Source: Fistulifera solaris
Taxonomy: Eukaryota
Assembly (NCBI GenBank): GCA_030295235.1
Contig: AP026125.1
Location: 2,108,001-2,172,000 of the forward strand
Direction of reading: 5' to 3'
Length of the DNA: 64,000 nucleotides
The position numbers and the translations under genes were made by a program. Shown here in pieces: positions 60,641-64,000 of this stretch (positions are counted from its first letter, which is position 1; each line of letters starts with the position of its first letter). Below the pieces are notes generated by a model. That model was given only the letters and a program-made list of their open reading frames with translations, was not told where the DNA came from and made no database searches.

Positions 60641-61505
60641 ATCGCAAACACCGATTCCAGAATTTCTGGAACGACAATCACAGAATTTCTGTACGACTGC
60701 AAACACGGATGGTCCAGAATTTCTGGACCAGCCACAGAATACAGTAGGATGGATCGCAAACACCGCTTCCTGAATTTCTGGAACACCCATCACAGAATTT
60801 CTGTAGGACTGCAGCACGGATGGTCCAGAATTTCTGGACCAGACACAGAATACAGTAGGATCGAAAACACCGATTCCAGAATTTCTGGAACGCCTATCAC
60901 AGAATTTCTGTACGACTGCAAACACGGATGGTCCAGAATTTCTGGACCAGCCACAGAATACAGTAGGATGGATCGCAAACACCGATTCCATAATTTCTGG
61001 AACGACCATCACAGAATTTCTGTAGCATTGCTAACACGGATGGTCCAGAATTTCTGGACCAGCCACAGAATACAGTAGGATGGATCGCAAACACCGATTC
61101 CATAATTTCTGGAACGACCATCACAGAATTTCTGTAGCATTGCTAACACGGATGGTCCAGAATTTCTGGACCAGCCACAGAATACAGTAGGATGGATCGC
61201 AAACACCGCTTCCTGAATTTCTGGAACGCCTATCACAGAATTTCTGAACGACTGCAAACACGGATGGTCCAGAATTTCTGGACCAGCCACAGAATACAGT
61301 AGGATCGAAAACACCGATTCAAGAATTTCTGGAACGCCTATCACAGAATTTCTGAACGACTGCAAACACGGATGGTCCAGAATTTCTGGACCAGCCACAG
61401 AATACAGTAGGATCGCAAACACCGCTTCCTGAATTTCTGGAACGCCCATCACAGAATTTCTGTAGGACTGCAAACACGGATGGTCCAGAATTTCTGGACC
61501 GACCA
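60641..61505. repeat. 107-112-bp tandem satellite, ~8 copies, each with three palindromic AGAATTTCT sub-units
   Basis: Anchor ATCG(C/A)AAACACCG at 60641, 60753, 60860, 60972, 61084, 61196, 61304, 61412. Confidence 0.98.
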
Positions 61506-61803
61506 GCAGTTGTCTTATTCAATGTCAATGCAACATAATGTAGCTCAATGTTTTGAAAAACGAGTAAGGAGTGATCACTTCCTATCTTCCCTTTATCTGT
61601 CTATTTGTTTTAGTATAAGCTGGTCGATACATTGATCGAGCGCGAAACGAGATCGTGAGAAGGCTTGTCAAGCCGGAGCGTGTGGTCGTAATCAAAGAGA
61701 TCCTTGATTGATTTGACGAAAGAATCGTCGTTTCTACGATTCCCAATCCTGTATAATAATTTGCCGTGCCTTCTTCAAGAACAGAGCAGTTGTTTATATT
61801 GAA

Positions 61804-63312
61804 ATGAACGCGTCTCGCGCACTTGGGTTCGTGCGACGAGCAACCGCATCGCAGAAGCGACGTGCTTGTTTTTCGAACACGACGACAACAGCTCCGTCGG
61901 TTGCGATCGCACCCGATGGACTGTCGCTGCACCTCTCTTTTCCTTCCTCTTCTTTATCAAAGAAGAGAGAAGCGAAGAGTTCTGCAGTTTTTGCAGCGCC
62001 GTGGTTGTTTCATCAACATCCTAATTCGATTCATCCTTCTTCAGGACAACACATACGACCATTGGTGCAGGCACATCAGTACAAACTCCGACATGCACAA
62101 ATCATCCAGCGAAGCCATATTGTGCATCCTGTGGCTCCACCCTTGGGCTGTTTTCATTCCGTAGGGTCTGTGTATTCGAATCAGATGGATACTCCTACAA
62201 GTGATTCGGACGCGCCGAAATGGATCCTTCAAGTCCATTGGGAAGGACCTCAACCACTCCACACGGCTTATTATGATATCGGATGGTTACAACAGTGTCA
62301 TACTATGAGCTTACATGATAATGACAAGTCGAGTATCCACGCAAATAAAACGATTGTCACGCAACAAACACAACTCCTCTCCTTTGATCATGACAAAGTC
62401 CTACGACACGACGACAACTTGTTTCGGCTCTTACGATCCTTGCTGGAGTACGGAGCTGTCTTAATCGAAAACACGCCCAATACAGACACGGCCTGTGCCA
62501 ATATTGGCAAACGACTTAGTGGAGGCACATTGTCACATGGATCCTTGTATGGAGATGTCTTTGACGTCCAATCAATACCCAATGCACACAATATCGCCTA
62601 CACCAATGATGCTCTTGCCGTACACCAAGATTTGGCGTATTATGAATCACCACCGGGCTTTCAGTTGTTGCATTGTCGGACGAATACCGTGACGGACGGC
62701 GGAGCTTCGCTCTTGATCGATGCCTTGGCGGCCGCAGAAACATTGGCCAATCTAGCACCGGATCTGTTTGCTACATTGACTCGTGTACCGGCCACCTTTT
62801 TGAAGCAACGTTCCGGGGCGGATATGATGTACCGTCGTACCCATATTCGTGTATCCGAACACAATCGCACTGAAGTATTGTCGGTGCACTGGGCTCCTCC
62901 TTTTGAAGGTCCATTGTTTTCGTCGTCTGAAGAAGACACTCGCGAGTACTTTGTGGCCCGTGCCGCCTTTGAACGCATGCTGGATGTTTTGTTACCGCGT
63001 CAAGAACGATACTTGCCAATGCTCGATCGGCAGTTGGAACAACAGTTGATCGATTACGCTCATAACTATACCTGGCAACAAACCTTACAGCCGAAGCAAA
63101 TTTTGGTGTTTTCCAATCAACGACTCTTGCATGGTCGAACCGCTTTTCGTATTGATACAGCGAATGGGGGTACCCGTCACTTGACGGGATGCTACACAAA
63201 TGTGGACGAGACGCTGCAACAATATCGTTTATTACGAAGACAGCGATTGCGAGGCGCACAAGACCTTGAAGCTTTGCCGGTGATGGGGCATGGCAGTCAT
63301 CGAATTTCGTAA
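61804..63312 (+). CDS. Gamma-butyrobetaine/trimethyllysine dioxygenase-like (TauD family), probable mitochondrial presequence
   Basis: NIAYTNDALAVHQDLAYYESPPGFQLLHC, GGASLLIDA, FSNQRLLHGRTAF, RHLTGCY. Confidence 0.85.
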   Translation: MNASRALGFVRRATASQKRRACFSNTTTTAPSVAIAPDGLSLHLSFPSSSLSKKREAKSSAVFAAPWLFHQHPNSIHPSSGQHIRPLVQAHQYKLRHAQIIQRSHIVHPVAPPLGCFHSVGSVYSNQMDTPTSDSDAPKWILQVHWEGPQPLHTAYYDIGWLQQCHTMSLHDNDKSSIHANKTIVTQQTQLLSFDHDKVLRHDDNLFRLLRSLLEYGAVLIENTPNTDTACANIGKRLSGGTLSHGSLYGDVFDVQSIPNAHNIAYTNDALAVHQDLAYYESPPGFQLLHCRTNTVTDGGASLLIDALAAAETLANLAPDLFATLTRVPATFLKQRSGADMMYRRTHIRVSEHNRTEVLSVHWAPPFEGPLFSSSEEDTREYFVARAAFERMLDVLLPRQERYLPMLDRQLEQQLIDYAHNYTWQQTLQPKQILVFSNQRLLHGRTAFRIDTANGGTRHLTGCYTNVDETLQQYRLLRRQRLRGAQDLEALPVMGHGSHRIS

Positions 63313-63432
63313 TCGAATCTGTATACAAATAGAATTGGATTCAAAAGGGTCTTGTAATTAATTCTGATGTTTCTAGCATTAGTAGCGATGCTCGCGAATC
63401 TTCATGTTCCTCTTCAACTTATTTTGTATGAT

Positions 63433-64000
63433 TTACAAATCCGGCACATCGACGAGTGCATCAAAGAAATCTTGTACCAAATCATTCATTTTCTGTGCCA
63501 CTAGAACGAATCCAGTCGCATCTTTTGCACTGACAGGCACATCGGCTGCTTGTGCATATTGTCGCAATTTGTCGGCATCTTGTAAAGCTCGTTGTTTCAT
63601 GTCGGCACTTTGAATGGTCCCTGCTACCACTTTCATATCATCTCCAGCGAGTGAATAGATTTGGCGCAAGAATTTTCCGACATTATCCCATTCGGCGGCA
63701 TCCATTTCGCTGGAATTCTCTTGTACTCGCTTTGTTACCTTTTTCAGATCACGTTTCAACCGAATGCATCGATTGAATTGAGCCACACCTTGGGGTAATT
63801 CCGTGCCGGAATAGACATCGGCATGTGCGATAGTAGGCTGTTGCGTAATCACTGCCGTTGTAGTCAAAGCTGCCGTGAACATTCCTTGTAAGAATCTTTG
63901 TCGATTCATTGTTGTTGTGGAGAGGGATGCCGATTCAGAGACGGCGGAACGAGAACGAAGGGTATCGGAAGCTGTGGCACGAGAAGTGACCCAAGCCATT
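63433..64000 (-). CDS. Thylakoid-lumen PsbQ-like four-helix protein, 5' end probably outside window
   Basis: Transit-like Ser/Thr stretch, NRQRFLQ + hydrophobic segment + AHA cleavage site, then EWDNVGKFLR...DMK helical bundle. Confidence 0.5.
   Translation of the reverse strand, partial: MAWVTSRATASDTLRSRSAVSESASLSTTTMNRQRFLQGMFTAALTTTAVITQQPTIAHADVYSGTELPQGVAQFNRCIRLKRDLKKVTKRVQENSSEMDAAEWDNVGKFLRQIYSLAGDDMKVVAGTIQSADMKQRALQDADKLRQYAQAADVPVSAKDATGFVLVAQKMNDLVQDFFDALVDVPDL

Noticed and set aside
60641..61505. CRISPR-like array of palindromic repeats (also 14.3, 22.1 and 42.1 kb)
   Set aside because: Sequences between palindromes are themselves repeated rather than unique spacers; no cas genes; intron-containing eukaryotic context
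1..64000. Autonomous transposon, viral insertion or biosynthetic gene cluster
   Set aside because: No transposase, reverse transcriptase, integrase, Rep/helicase or capsid motifs in the ORF track; neighbouring enzymes do not form a coherent pathway

Overview
Gene-dense eukaryotic nuclear DNA, most consistent with a diatom or other stramenopile alga (inference from short GT-AG introns, a signal peptide plus AF-type plastid-targeting motif, and gene content). About 29 protein-coding genes are supportable: DGAT2-like fragment, OB-fold protein, Rab-like GTPase, PAC4, ferredoxin-fold protein, Trf4-like and canonical poly(A) polymerases, DUF711, AhpC/TSA-like, MFSD5-like, LRR, phosphatases, RING ligases including a hemerythrin-CHY-RING (BRUTUS-like) protein, GPR89-like, fidgetin-like, AP2/FHA multidomain protein, BUD23, PCD, PELP1-like, PDZ protein, SNAPC4-like Myb, TauD/BBOX-like and PsbQ-like. 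Many genes carry 1-nt frameshifts, mostly at homopolymers, most likely long-read assembly errors. The most unusual signal is non-coding: seven tandem arrays, each directly upstream of a gene and six in divergent intergenic regions. Four share a palindromic core AGAA(A/T)TTCT with self-complementary flanks. There are also two dispersed motifs: a ~65-bp ACGT-hairpin cassette and a ~24-bp GACTG-N5-CAGTC palindrome. No rRNA, tRNA, CRISPR or transposase was recognised. All family calls come from motif recognition by eye, not database searches.
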